Assembly: GCA_025062235.1 (NCBI GenBank)
Contig: JANXAE010000001.1
Span: 493 to 64,492, forward strand
Reading direction: 5' to 3'
Length of the DNA stretch: 64,000 nucleotides
From: Bryobacteraceae bacterium
GTDB lineage: Bacteria; Acidobacteriota; Terriglobia; Bryobacterales; Bryobacteraceae
Both the position numbers and the translations under genes were made by a program. Positions 1-9,662 of the stretch are shown here, piece after piece (position 1 is the stretch's first letter; each line of letters opens with the position of its first letter). The notes below the pieces were generated by a model that worked only from the letters and a program-made list of their open reading frames with translations, was not told the origin of the DNA and did not search any database.

Positions 1-1806
1 CGCTACCTGCGGCGTCACGGCTTCGAGCCGATCACCACCAACATGTACGCGAACCTCTCCCAGGGCATCGAGATGCTCTACCTGTTCGCGTTTTCCATCG
101 GGCGCCACTCGGCCGCTGCGCTCCTGCATTTCGCCTGTTTGGTCGCGTTGCCCCTGAGCATGATCGCCTACGCGCGTCGTTTCGGGTTCGCCCCGGCTGG
201 CGTCGTGGCGGCCCTGTTCACTTTCCTGAGCCCCGTCGTCGGCCAGGATGGAACCACGGCCTACATTGACGTGGCCACGGCCTGGCTGATGTTCACCGTG
301 TTCCATCTCGCGCAGATCTGGGACCGGGAGCGCAACCCGCGTATTCTGCCTTTGATCGGGCTGCTGGCGGGCTTCTGTTACGCTGCCAAATACACGGCCG
401 TCGCGGCCGGCGTTTATGCCCTGGCGTTCCTGGGCTGGAGACTCCGGCGTCAGCCGCGCGCCCTGCCGAGGACCTTGGCCACGGTCGCGCTCTGCGCCGC
501 CATCCCGGTGATTCCCTGGGTGGCGAAGAACTGGATCTGGCTGGGCAATCCCTTCTCGCCGTTCTTCAACCGCCTGTTTCCCAATCCCTACATCCATGTC
601 TCCTTCGAGCAGGAGTACGCGCATCACATGCGCAACTACGTCGGCCTGAAAAGCCACTGGGAGATTCCCCTCGAAGTCACCGTTCGCGGAGCGGTGCTTT
701 GCGGTTTGCTGGGGCCGCTGTTCCTGCTCTCTCCGATCGCCCTGTTATCGTTGCGGGACCCCAACGGTCGCCGGCTCCTCGCCGCAGCGTTTCTGTTCGG
801 CCTTCCCTATGCGGCCAACATCGGCACGCGCTTTCTGATCCCCGCCCTGCCCCTGCTTTCGCTGGCCATGGCGATGGTCTTCGCCCGTCTGCGGGCGCTG
901 GCGGTTGCCCTCGCCCTCGCCCACGCCATCCTGAGCTGGCCGGATGCGGTCAGCCTCTACTCGGATCCCAACGCCTGGCGCCTGGTCAAGATCCCGCTGC
1001 GACAGGCCTTGCGCCTGGAATCGGAAGAATCCTGGCTCACGCGCAAGAATCCTTACTACCCGATCGCGCGCATGATCGAGGACTCCACGCCGCCGGGCGC
1101 GCGCGTGCTGAGCTTCAATCAAGTGCCCGAGGCTTACACGACGCGCGAGATCCTCGTCGTCTATCAGTCTGCCTTCAACGCCGTTCTGGGAGACATCCTC
1201 TGGCATGCCATCATTCCCGAATATCCTCCGCAACGGCAGTTGACCTTCCGCTTCGATCCGCAGGAGCTCGGCGCGGTGCGCCTGGTGCAAACCAATCGCG
1301 GCGGGCCGGATCATTTCAGCGTGGGGGAGCTGCGGCTGTTCCTGGGCGAGCGGGAGCTGCCGCGCCGCCCTCTCTGGCGCTTGCGGGCGCGTCCCAAGCC
1401 CTGGGACGTGCAGATGGCTTTCGACAACAGCCCGGCCACGCGCTGGCGGAGCTGGCAGACGCTCGAGCCGGGCATGTTCGTCGAAGTCGAGCTCCCGCGC
1501 GCCGAACGCCTGGATCGCGTCGTGGTCGAGTGTTCGCGCGACCAGTACCGGACTCGTTTGCGCCTGGAGGGCCGGCCGCCTTCCGGTCAATGGCGGGTGC
1601 TCGACGATCAGCCCCAGGAGGCCGAACTGCCCCCGCCCATCGGGCTGCGGCGCGCCGCCGCCAGTGAGTTGAAGCGTCGCGGCGTGCACTACGTTCTGAT
1701 CTGGGACCAAGACTTCGGCGCCGAGGATTTCCGCAAGAACGCTGTCCTCTGGGGAGCGACTTTTCTCGGCGAGCGCAACGGCGCAAGGTTGTATCGTCTG
1801 GATTAG
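1..1806 (+). CDS. GT-C-type (ArnT/PMT-like) integral-membrane glycosyltransferase with a C-terminal discoidin (F5/8 type C)-like domain; 5' end probably outside the window
   Basis: The frame is open from nt 1 (RYLRRHGFEPITTN precedes the first Met at 43). The first ~300 aa contain many hydrophobic helices. The C-terminal soluble part contains FDNSPATRWRSWQTLEPGMFVEVEL, which resembles a discoidin domain. Confidence 0.55.
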   Translation, partial: RYLRRHGFEPITTNMYANLSQGIEMLYLFAFSIGRHSAAALLHFACLVALPLSMIAYARRFGFAPAGVVAALFTFLSPVVGQDGTTAYIDVATAWLMFTVFHLAQIWDRERNPRILPLIGLLAGFCYAAKYTAVAAGVYALAFLGWRLRRQPRALPRTLATVALCAAIPVIPWVAKNWIWLGNPFSPFFNRLFPNPYIHVSFEQEYAHHMRNYVGLKSHWEIPLEVTVRGAVLCGLLGPLFLLSPIALLSLRDPNGRRLLAAAFLFGLPYAANIGTRFLIPALPLLSLAMAMVFARLRALAVALALAHAILSWPDAVSLYSDPNAWRLVKIPLRQALRLESEESWLTRKNPYYPIARMIEDSTPPGARVLSFNQVPEAYTTREILVVYQSAFNAVLGDILWHAIIPEYPPQRQLTFRFDPQELGAVRLVQTNRGGPDHFSVGELRLFLGERELPRRPLWRLRARPKPWDVQMAFDNSPATRWRSWQTLEPGMFVEVELPRAERLDRVVVECSRDQYRTRLRLEGRPPSGQWRVLDDQPQEAELPPPIGLRRAAASELKRRGVHYVLIWDQDFGAEDFRKNAVLWGATFLGERNGARLYRLD

Positions 1807-1815
1807 GAGCCGCTC

Positions 1816-2760
1816 ATGTTTCTCGGCGTAGACGGGGGCCAAACCGCTACCGTAGCCCTGATCGGCGATGAATCCGGCCGCGTCCTCGGCGCCGGCCGCG
1901 GCGGCCCTTGCAATCACGTCGGCGGCCCCGAGGGCCGCGAGAAATTCACCCGCGCTATCCGCGACTCGGTCGGCGAGGCCTGCCGCAACGCCGGCCTCGA
2001 CCCCGAAACGACCCGCTTCCGCGTGGCCTGCCTGGGCTTCAGCGGCGGTCCCGAGGACAAGCGCGCGCTGCTCGGGCAGATGCTCGCCGCCGACCGGCTC
2101 ATTGTCACCACCGACGCGCTCATCGCCCTCTCCGGCGCCACGGCCGGCGAGCCGGGAATCATCGCGATTGCCGGCACCGGATCCATTGCCTTCGGGCGCA
2201 ACGCGCAGGGTCGCACGGCGCGCGCCGGCGGCTGGGGCTACCTCTTCGGCGACGAGGGCGGGGGGTTCGACCTGGTCCGCAGAGCGTTGCGCGCAGCCCT
2301 GCGGTACGAAGAGGGCTGGGGACCCCCGACCACGCTGCGGGAGCGGCTGCTCGAAGCCACCGGCGCCGCCTCGGCCAACGACCTGTTGCACCGCTTCTAC
2401 ACCAGCGAGTACCCCCGCCCCCGCATCGCCTCTTTCGCCGTACTGGTGGATCGCGCGGCGACGGAGGGCGATCCCGTCGCGCGTGCGATTCTGCAGGACG
2501 CTGCCGGGGAACTGGCCTCGCTCGTCGAGGCCGTGCGCAGGCAGTTGTTCTCGCGGGAGGAAAGCGTGCGCGTGGCCTACGTCGGGGGTGTCTTCCGCAG
2601 CCGGCTCTTGCTCGAACGGTTCGCGGAACTCGTCCGCCGCGCTTCCGGCTCCGTCTGCCAGCCGCCAGCGTTCCCGCCCGCTGCGGGCGCGTTGCTCGAA
2701 GCCTGGCGCGCGGCCGGTTTGCACCCCCGCCTCTCCGGCCTGCCCGACTCGTTGAAATGA
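1816..2760 (+). CDS. BadF/BadG/BcrA/BcrD-type ATPase, N-acetylglucosamine kinase-like
   Basis: ASKHA N-terminus [22 protein letters not shown] and [13 protein letters not shown] motifs; 314 aa. Confidence 0.75.
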   Translation: MFLGVDGGQTATVALIGDESGRVLGAGRGGPCNHVGGPEGREKFTRAIRDSVGEACRNAGLDPETTRFRVACLGFSGGPEDKRALLGQMLAADRLIVTTDALIALSGATAGEPGIIAIAGTGSIAFGRNAQGRTARAGGWGYLFGDEGGGFDLVRRALRAALRYEEGWGPPTTLRERLLEATGAASANDLLHRFYTSEYPRPRIASFAVLVDRAATEGDPVARAILQDAAGELASLVEAVRRQLFSREESVRVAYVGGVFRSRLLLERFAELVRRASGSVCQPPAFPPAAGALLEAWRAAGLHPRLSGLPDSLK

Positions 2761-2815
2761 GCCTTCTCCGGTCCGATCGGATCGCGTGATACGATCGGTG
2801 GTTCGGGAGGATCCG

Positions 2816-3985
2816 ATGCCGAAACTGTCCATTCGAGACCTCGATCTCAACGGGAAGCTGGTCTTCATGCGCGTGGACTTCAACGTGCCGCTGGCCCCGG
2901 GCGGCCAGGAAATCACCTCCGACAAGCGCATCCGCGCCTCGCTGCCGACGATCAAGTACGCGCTCGAGCACGGCGCTCGCCTCGTGCTCGCCAGCCACTT
3001 GGGCAGGCCCAAAGGCAAGCCCAATCCTGAGATGAGCCTCAAGCCTGTCGCGGCGCGACTCCAGGAGCTGCTCGGCGAGCCCGTGGTGATGGCTCCGGAC
3101 TGCATCGGGCCCGAGGTCGAGAAACTCAAGGCCGAAGGCCACCGCGTCATCCTGCTCGAGAACGTGCGCTTCCACCCGGAGGAGGAAAAGAACGATCCCG
3201 AATTCGCCCGCCAGCTCGCCGCAGGCTGCGACTACTACGTCAACGACGCCTTCGGTTCGGCTCACCGTGCCCATGCCTCGACCGAGGCCATCACGCGCTT
3301 CCTGCCCAAGGCTGCCGCCGGTTTGCTGATGGAAAAGGAGCTGGAGTACCTGACCAGGGTCACCCAGGATCCGCCGCGGCCCTGCATCGCCCTGTTGGGC
3401 GGCGCCAAGGTCTCCGACAAGATCGAGGTCATCGAGAACCTGCTCAAGATCGTGGATCGCCTCCTCATCGGTGGCGCCATGGCCTACACCTTCAAGCTGG
3501 CCAAAGGCGAGCCCGTGGGCAATTCGCTGGTCGAACCCGACAAGGCGGACCTGGCGCGTGAGCTGATGGCCAAGGCCGGGGACAAGATGTTGCTGCCCGT
3601 GGACCACGTCGTGGTGGAGAAGATCGAGGCCGGAGCGCCGTCGCAGGTGGTCGAAACCATCCCCGAGGGGTGGGCCGGCGTGGACATCGGGCCGAAAACC
3701 ATCGAGCTGTACTCGGCCGAAATCGCGCGCGCCAAGAGCATCATCTGGAACGGCCCCATGGGCGTCTTCGAAAAGCCGCCCTTCGATGCCGGCACCGTCG
3801 CGCTGGCCAGAGCGGTCGCCGAATCGGGAGCGCTGTCGGTGGTCGGCGGCGGCGATTCCGAGAAGGCCATCAAGGCCGCGGGTGTGGCGGACAAGATCTC
3901 GCACATCTCGACCGGCGGCGGAGCGTCGCTCGAATTCCTGGCCGGTCTGGTCTTGCCCGGAGTTGCCGCCTTGACCGACAAGTAG
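2816..3985 (+). CDS. pgk: phosphoglycerate kinase
   Basis: [35 protein letters not shown] and VVGGGDS. ATG at 2816 is preceded by GGGAGG at 2805-2810. The ORF-track start at 2786 is an upstream GTG. Confidence 0.95.
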   Translation: MPKLSIRDLDLNGKLVFMRVDFNVPLAPGGQEITSDKRIRASLPTIKYALEHGARLVLASHLGRPKGKPNPEMSLKPVAARLQELLGEPVVMAPDCIGPEVEKLKAEGHRVILLENVRFHPEEEKNDPEFARQLAAGCDYYVNDAFGSAHRAHASTEAITRFLPKAAAGLLMEKELEYLTRVTQDPPRPCIALLGGAKVSDKIEVIENLLKIVDRLLIGGAMAYTFKLAKGEPVGNSLVEPDKADLARELMAKAGDKMLLPVDHVVVEKIEAGAPSQVVETIPEGWAGVDIGPKTIELYSAEIARAKSIIWNGPMGVFEKPPFDAGTVALARAVAESGALSVVGGGDSEKAIKAAGVADKISHISTGGGASLEFLAGLVLPGVAALTDK

Positions 3986-4025
3986 CGGTCCGCGCATCCG
4001 GCCGGCCTATGGTACATTCGCCGGC

Positions 4026-4865
4026 ATGATGCGCGTAGCGGTTGTCCTGCTGTACATCTCCTGGAACGTGGCGCTCGCCGGGCAGGCGTCCCGCCTGACG
4101 GACGAGCAATTGCGCAAGGGAGTGAATCTGCTCCCTTATCCGGACCCGGGCGACGAAGATCCCAGGGTGATCGTGCGCAGATATCAAGGTCTGCGCACCA
4201 GCGACGTCATTGACGCGATGCAGGCCATCGGCCTGCAAGACCGCGGGGTGATGGACCACGACATCCGTCCTCTCAGGCGCGACACGACCGACCAGCTGGC
4301 TCATCGCATCTATGGCGTGGCGATCACCTATCAGTACGTGCCGACGAACAAGCCTGCCGCTGCCGCAATGCCCTACGAGGAATTCCGCAAGTGGCACAGC
4401 CACTGGTACCAGCACTACGCGCCTGAACTCTTCTCGCGCATCTTGAAGCCCGGTCATGTGGTGGTGATTGATGCGCAGGGCATCGAGAACACCGGCTTCG
4501 TGGGTTCGAACAACGCGCTCAGTTGGCGCGCACGGGGCGCCGTGGGGGTCGTGACCAACGGGCCTTGCCGCGACTCCGACGAGCTCATCTTGCAGCGCAT
4601 CCCCGTGTACTCGAAGTACATTGGCGGCGGCACCCGCCCCGGCCGGATCGAGGCAGCCGCCATCAACCGCCCCGTGGTCGTCGGCGGGGTTCTCGTGCGA
4701 CCCGGTGACGTCGTCGTCGCCGACGGCTATGGCGTCGTGGTGGTGCCGCGCGAACACGCCGAGCGGGTGGCCGAAATCGCCTGGGATATTGCCAAAGGCG
4801 ACAAGGAAAGCCGCCGCAAGCTGTACGAAAAGACGGGGCTGAAGCCGGACGCCACCGTGCGATGA
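4026..4865 (+). CDS. RraA / 4-hydroxy-4-methyl-2-oxoglutarate aldolase-family protein with a hydrophobic signal-peptide-like N-terminus
   Basis: GAVGVVTNGPCRDSDEL and GDVVVADGYGVVVVP resemble the RraA/HMG-aldolase fold. N-terminus is MMRVAVVLLYISWNVALAG. Confidence 0.7.
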   Translation: MMRVAVVLLYISWNVALAGQASRLTDEQLRKGVNLLPYPDPGDEDPRVIVRRYQGLRTSDVIDAMQAIGLQDRGVMDHDIRPLRRDTTDQLAHRIYGVAITYQYVPTNKPAAAAMPYEEFRKWHSHWYQHYAPELFSRILKPGHVVVIDAQGIENTGFVGSNNALSWRARGAVGVVTNGPCRDSDELILQRIPVYSKYIGGGTRPGRIEAAAINRPVVVGGVLVRPGDVVVADGYGVVVVPREHAERVAEIAWDIAKGDKESRRKLYEKTGLKPDATVR

Positions 4866-4869
4866 GCGC

Positions 4870-4888
4870 GGGGGCGGCCAACGCCCCC
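4870..4888 (+). terminator. GC-rich hairpin directly after the RraA-like stop codon (possible intrinsic terminator, no U-tract)
   Basis: GGGGGCG (4870-4876), loop GCCAA, CGCCCCC (4882-4888), starting 5 nt after the TGA at 4863-4865. No T-run follows. Confidence 0.3.
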
Positions 4889-5251
4889 AAGCCCGGTCAG
4901 GCGACCGTCGGGCGCCTCGCTTAGAACGCTACGGAACCGCCCCCCAGGGCGGGAAGGCGCTCGTCGGCGCGCATTGTGTTCCCTCCGCCGCTCGCCAGCT
5001 CTCCGCACGCATGCGCTCGAGGCGGATCCGGGGCCGGCCGCATCGGGCTCATCACGCCCACCATCGAGCGCACAAGATTCCCGCGGTCGGACCCTCCGCC
5101 ACCCGAGCGGAGTCACGGGACACGGACTTGCGCCCCGGGTGGAATCGAGGGGGCACCCATCAGCGTTACGAGGTTCGTGGGACGCTGGTGGGCAATCCTA
5201 TGCAGACCGCCGGCGAGGCCCGTCGCACGAGCAGGTTCGCGCGAGGCCGGC

Positions 5252-6157
5252 TCAGCGCAGGAGCGTGGCGATCACCTCCATTTCTTCCTGAAAGCGCTCC
5301 AGGATCCGAGGCAACGCCGGGGTGACACCCAGCCTGTCGAGCGCTCGCGCAGCCGAAGGTGCCGGCTCGATGCCGGAAGGCAACATGCCGAAGCCCCTCT
5401 CGGCCGCCAGGAGGTTCGCCGCGTGCACGACATGCGCCAAATCCAGCGCCCCCGCGTTCGCCAACTCGGGCACGTGATGGAAACGCGCCGCACGCCGGAT
5501 CGGCTCGGGGAGATTCCACCGCGCCAAGGCTTCCGAGGAAAGCTCTGCGTGGTCGAGGCCCAGCAGTTCCGCTTCGCAGTCCGCCCAGCGACCGCCGCAC
5601 CGGCCGAGCAGGTTCCAGAGCAAGGCGAACTGGCGGGGGAAGGCCAGTGCCCACAGCAGCTTCCCCATATCATGGAGGAGGCCTGCGACGAACGCTCCTT
5701 CTGCGTAGGGAACCGGCGCCGCTTCCACCAGCAGGTCGGCCAGCGTCGCCACGGCGGCCGAATGCAGATTGAATTGTGCCGTGGACCAACCCGGCGGCGT
5801 GCGTACCGTGCGCCACAGCCGCGAGATCGCCAGCCCCAGCAGCACGTTGCGCAGCTTCACCAGGCCCAGGATCGCTACTGCGTGCCGCACTGAGCTCACC
5901 GTGCCCGGCAAGCCGTACAAGGCCGAGTTCACCAGTCGCAGGATGTTTCCGGCGAGCACCGTGTCCTTCTCGATCAGCGTCGCCAGCTCGGCGAAGGACA
6001 CGTCCTCGTGGGCCAGGCTGGCCAGCAGCCGATTCAGCACGGGTGAAAAAGGCGGCAGGCGCTCCAGACTCTTCAACGCCTGCTCCCGGAATTCCACACT
6101 GCTGCCCGCAACCGGCGCCACGCTCTCCCTATCGGCAGCCGAGCGGCCAAACTTCAC
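5252..6157 (-). CDS. HDOD domain signalling protein
   Basis: LPPFSPVLNRLLASLAHEDVSFAELATLIEKDTVLAGNILRLVNSALYG is typical of the HDOD N-terminal region. GLLHDMGKLL and HAELS motifs are present. Confidence 0.8.
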   Translation of the reverse strand: MKFGRSAADRESVAPVAGSSVEFREQALKSLERLPPFSPVLNRLLASLAHEDVSFAELATLIEKDTVLAGNILRLVNSALYGLPGTVSSVRHAVAILGLVKLRNVLLGLAISRLWRTVRTPPGWSTAQFNLHSAAVATLADLLVEAAPVPYAEGAFVAGLLHDMGKLLWALAFPRQFALLWNLLGRCGGRWADCEAELLGLDHAELSSEALARWNLPEPIRRAARFHHVPELANAGALDLAHVVHAANLLAAERGFGMLPSGIEPAPSAARALDRLGVTPALPRILERFQEEMEVIATLLR

Positions 6158-6200
6158 GTGGCGCCCGCGCTCGGCTAGGATGGGTTAGGATCGTCCACCG

Positions 6201-6974
6201 ATGAACTGCGCCGCCGGCGCGCCGAATGCTCCCGCAATCGAACTGCGCGGCGTGCGCAAGCTTTACGGCGACAAGGTGGCCGTGGACGGCCTCGATCTGA
6301 CCGTGCCCCGTGGATGCTTCTTCGGCTTTCTGGGCCCGAACGGCGCCGGAAAGACCACGACCATCCGCATGATGATGGGGCTGGCCCCGCCGAACTCTGG
6401 GCACATCCGGCTGCTCGGCTTGCCCATGCCTCAGTGCGCGCTGGAGATCCGGCGCAGGATCGGCCTGGTTCCCGAGGACTCTCTGTTGTTCGAGCGCCTC
6501 ACCGGCCTGGAGTTTCTCGAATTCGCTGGCCGGATGTACGGTCTTGCTCGGCCGACCGCGGTCGCGCGCGCCAGGGAGCTGCTCGAGTTCTTTCGCCTCG
6601 ACGACAGCCCGCGCAAGCTGATCGCGGAGTACTCCAAGGGCATGCGCAAGCGCCTCATGATGGCTGCCGCCCTCATCCACCGGCCCGAGCTCTTCCTGCT
6701 CGACGAACCCTTCGAGGGCGTGGACGCCCTGGGCGCGCGAATCATGAAGGACCTTTTGCTCGACCAGGTCCGCCGCGGTGCGACCGTCTTCCTCACCTCG
6801 CACGTGCTCGAGGTCGTCGAACGGCTCTGCGATCGCGTTGCCATCCTTCACCGGGGACGCATCGTGCTGGAAGCCTCGGTGCATGACCTGCGCAGCTCGG
6901 CCGAAACGCTCGAGGACGCCTTCGTCCGGCTGGTCGGCGCCGGACCCGGACCCGAGAAGTTGGATTGGCTGTGA
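6201..6974 (+). CDS. ABC transporter ATP-binding protein
   Basis: Walker A GPNGAGKTT, signature-like YSKGMRKR, Walker B LFLLDEP. Confidence 0.9.
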   Translation: MNCAAGAPNAPAIELRGVRKLYGDKVAVDGLDLTVPRGCFFGFLGPNGAGKTTTIRMMMGLAPPNSGHIRLLGLPMPQCALEIRRRIGLVPEDSLLFERLTGLEFLEFAGRMYGLARPTAVARARELLEFFRLDDSPRKLIAEYSKGMRKRLMMAAALIHRPELFLLDEPFEGVDALGARIMKDLLLDQVRRGATVFLTSHVLEVVERLCDRVAILHRGRIVLEASVHDLRSSAETLEDAFVRLVGAGPGPEKLDWL

Positions 6975-8566
6975 CGCACACCGGATCGCCCCTCCGCGCC
7001 ATCCTCTGGGCCCAGTGGCGCACGATGAGGAATCTGCGTGCGGGCGAAGGACGGCTGGGCCGCGTGGTCACGTCGGTTGTCGGGCTCGTCTGGGTCTCGC
7101 TCTGGGTTGTCGTGGCCGTCCTTGCAGCCGTCGTGCTCGCCCGCCCCGATAGCCGCGAACTGGCGGTGCTGCTGCCCTGGGGCCTCATGTCGGTCTTTCT
7201 TTACTGGCAGATCGCGCCCGTACTGGCTGCGAGCCTCGGTGCAGGGCTCGACCTGCGCCGCCTGCGCGTGTACCCGATCCGCGCCGCGCTGCTGTTCCGC
7301 GCCGAGATCGCACTCCGTCTGGTCACCTCGCCCGAGATGCCGTTGGTGCTTGCCGGCGCGCTGGTGGGACTGCTGCGCAACCCCTCCGTCCCCGCCTGGG
7401 CACCCGCCGTCGGACTGCCGCTCTACGCCGCGTTCAACATCCTGCTGGCTGCCGGCTTGCGGGGGCTGCTCGAACAGCTCTTCGCGCACCGCCGGGTACG
7501 CGAACTGGCGGCTTTGCTGCTCGTGCTGGCCATCGGCGTGCCCCAGTTGCTGTTGCTCGGCTGGCCGGCAGGGATGTGGGGCCAGCTCCCGCTGCGCGCG
7601 CCCCCGATCTACTGGCCCTGGGTGAGCTTCGGACGGATCGCCACTGGCGCACCCGGCCCGCAGGACTGGGTGCTCGCCGCGCTCTGGCTCGTCGCCGCCC
7701 TCCTGTTCGGGCGGACGCAGTTCGACCGCTGTCTGCGCCTGGATCGCGCGGAGGCGTCCGCTCCCCCCGGCCGCTTCCCCGCAGGCGCCGGCGCGGGGCT
7801 GGCAGCCCTGGCCCGCCTGGCGCCCGATCCCCTCGCCGCCGTCCTCGAGAAGGAAATCCGCTCGCTCGCCCGTTCGCCGCGCTTCCGGCTGGTCTTCGTG
7901 ATGGGATTCTCCTTCGGTTTCATCATCTGGGCGCCCTTGTTGCGCCGCGAGGGAGGCTTCAGCGAAGCCTACCCCGTGCTGGTGAGCGTCTATGCAGTCC
8001 TGCTGCTCTCGGAAGTCCTGTTCTGGAATGCGTTCGGTTTCGACCGGGCGGCTGCCCAGCTCTGGTTCAGTGCACCAATTCCGTTCAAAAATGTTTTGCT
8101 CGGGAAGAACGCGGCAGGCGCTTCGCTGGCCGCGCTCGAGGTCACCGTCGTGCTGGCGGTCTCGCGGCTGCTCGGCGCCCCGCTGGATGCAGTCACGGTC
8201 ATTGAAGTCTACGCCGTCGCCCTTACCCTCTGCCTTTACCTGCTGGCCGGGGGCAACCTCAGCTCGTTGCGGTTTCCGCGGCCGGTCAACCCCGAACAGA
8301 GCTGGGGCCGCGCCTCCACCGGCCGCTTCCAGATGCTGGTGCTCTTCCTGTATCCGCTGCTCGGCGCGCCGGTGGGCCTTGCCTACCTCGTGCGCTGGGT
8401 GTCGGGTAGCGAGCTCGCTTTCTTCGCCCAACTCAGCCTGGCGGCCCTGGCCGGCGCCGTCTTTTACCGCGCCTCGCTCGATTGCGCGCTCAGGCTCGCC
8501 GAGCAGCGCAAGGAGGAGTTCATTTTGACTCTTTCCGGGCAGGGCGGCCCCGTGCTGACCCGATGA
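6965..8566 (+). CDS. multi-pass membrane protein, putative permease partner of the preceding ABC ATPase
   Basis: About 12 hydrophobic segments. It overlaps the ATPase stop codon, with a TTG at 6965 or a GTG at 6971 (GTGA overlap). The start is uncertain. Confidence 0.6.
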   Translation: MAVTHTGSPLRAILWAQWRTMRNLRAGEGRLGRVVTSVVGLVWVSLWVVVAVLAAVVLARPDSRELAVLLPWGLMSVFLYWQIAPVLAASLGAGLDLRRLRVYPIRAALLFRAEIALRLVTSPEMPLVLAGALVGLLRNPSVPAWAPAVGLPLYAAFNILLAAGLRGLLEQLFAHRRVRELAALLLVLAIGVPQLLLLGWPAGMWGQLPLRAPPIYWPWVSFGRIATGAPGPQDWVLAALWLVAALLFGRTQFDRCLRLDRAEASAPPGRFPAGAGAGLAALARLAPDPLAAVLEKEIRSLARSPRFRLVFVMGFSFGFIIWAPLLRREGGFSEAYPVLVSVYAVLLLSEVLFWNAFGFDRAAAQLWFSAPIPFKNVLLGKNAAGASLAALEVTVVLAVSRLLGAPLDAVTVIEVYAVALTLCLYLLAGGNLSSLRFPRPVNPEQSWGRASTGRFQMLVLFLYPLLGAPVGLAYLVRWVSGSELAFFAQLSLAALAGAVFYRASLDCALRLAEQRKEEFILTLSGQGGPVLTR

Positions 8567-8982
8567 AGATCCACCTGCGTTACCTCGGCAAGCCACGCGA
8601 TCGGCGGCTGAACCAAACCGCTGCGGAGTACATCCTGCGCGCCGGGCGCTGGGTCTGCTGCGAGATGCGCGAGCTCGATCCGCGCCGCGAGGACTTTTTC
8701 GCGCGCTACGCGAGCTGGCGCAAGATCCTGCTCGATGCGGCTGGACAGGAGCTGGACACGGCGGGGTTCGTCCAACTTTTGCGCGACTCCGAATTCGAGG
8801 GACGCGACCTGGTCTTCCTGCTGGGCGGCGCCGAGGGGCTTCCCGCAGGCTGGCGGGAGCGCGCCGACCGATTGCTGTCGCTATCGCGGCTGACCATGGC
8901 ACACGAACTAGCGCGCCTGGTGCTCGCCGAGCAGATCTACCGGGGCCTGGCCACCCTGCGCGGCCACCCTTACCCGCGTTGA
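8563..8982 (+). CDS. rlmH: 23S rRNA (pseudouridine1915-N3)-methyltransferase
   Basis: MKIHLRYLGK..., LLGGAEGL and LSLSRLTMAHELARLVLAEQIYRG (SPOUT knot region). ATGA overlap with the upstream stop at 8564-8566. Confidence 0.88.
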   Translation: MKIHLRYLGKPRDRRLNQTAAEYILRAGRWVCCEMRELDPRREDFFARYASWRKILLDAAGQELDTAGFVQLLRDSEFEGRDLVFLLGGAEGLPAGWRERADRLLSLSRLTMAHELARLVLAEQIYRGLATLRGHPYPR

Positions 8983-8986
8983 TCCC

Positions 8987-9628
8987 TCAGCGGCGCATGC
9001 GGCAGTCCGCGAGCGGACAAAGGTCGCAGGGATTGCCGTAGGCGCGGATGCGGTCCGCCGGGCCGATTCCCACCAGGCCCGAGACCGTCTTGAGGGGGCG
9101 CATCATGAGGCTGGACAAAAGCTGGACGCCGATCCGCTCGGCATCCACCAAGCGGAACAGCACCCGCTGCTCTTCGAGCGGGATGCCGCAGTAGCCCGGG
9201 CTGTAGGGGAGCGTGACGGCCTCGCCGGGCTGGAGCTGTCCGCGCAGCTCCGCGATGACACGTTCCACCATGGCCTCGGCCAGCGCGGCGCCCGCGGCAT
9301 GGTAGATCAGGCCGCCCAAGGCATCCCGTTCGCGCATGGCCTGCTCGGCAAGCGCAACGATCTCCGGGCCGCCGGTCGCCACGAAGGCCGCCACCCGGTC
9401 CACCTGGCCCAGGAACTCGCCGATGCGGCCGTGAAAGACAGCTCCGCCCTCGAGTTCGAGCCTTCGCGGAGCGGCCTCGCGCACGGCATAGAGCCGGTAG
9501 AGCGCGCGCGGGCGTACGCGGCCAGGGAGCGAAGCCAGCAGCTGCTCGACGCGTTCCAGGATCAGCGCGGGCTTGGGTGCGTCCGCGGGGTAGCCCATGT
9601 GGCGCAGCACTTCGCTGCGCTCGGGCAA
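8987..9628 (-). CDS. stand-alone protein resembling the activation (SAM-binding reactivation) domain of cobalamin-dependent methionine synthase
   Basis: SEVLRHMGY near the N-terminus and LPYSPGYCGIPLEEQRVLFRLVDAERIGVQLLSSLMMRPLKTVSGLVGIG match the PGY...P..EQ..LF.LL...IG..L....MM.P.KS.SG pattern of this domain family. Start is uncertain: TTG at 9628 was chosen, and the frame stays open up to the upstream gene stop at 9663-9665. Confidence 0.7.
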   Translation of the reverse strand: MPERSEVLRHMGYPADAPKPALILERVEQLLASLPGRVRPRALYRLYAVREAAPRRLELEGGAVFHGRIGEFLGQVDRVAAFVATGGPEIVALAEQAMRERDALGGLIYHAAGAALAEAMVERVIAELRGQLQPGEAVTLPYSPGYCGIPLEEQRVLFRLVDAERIGVQLLSSLMMRPLKTVSGLVGIGPADRIRAYGNPCDLCPLADCRMRR

Positions 9629-9662
9629 CAGGTTCGGGGCTTCGAGGATGACTTCCTCGGGT

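Noticed and set aside
745-3150. Very long antisense or off-frame ORFs, for example 745..3150 (-, 801 aa), 6848..8902 (-, 684 aa), 21980..23884 (-, 634 aa) and 26428..28386 (-, 652 aa).
   Set aside because: Their translations are dominated by Arg/Pro/Gly/Ala and they fully overlap genes with clear family signatures on the other strand or frame. Such stop-poor frames are expected in high-GC DNA.
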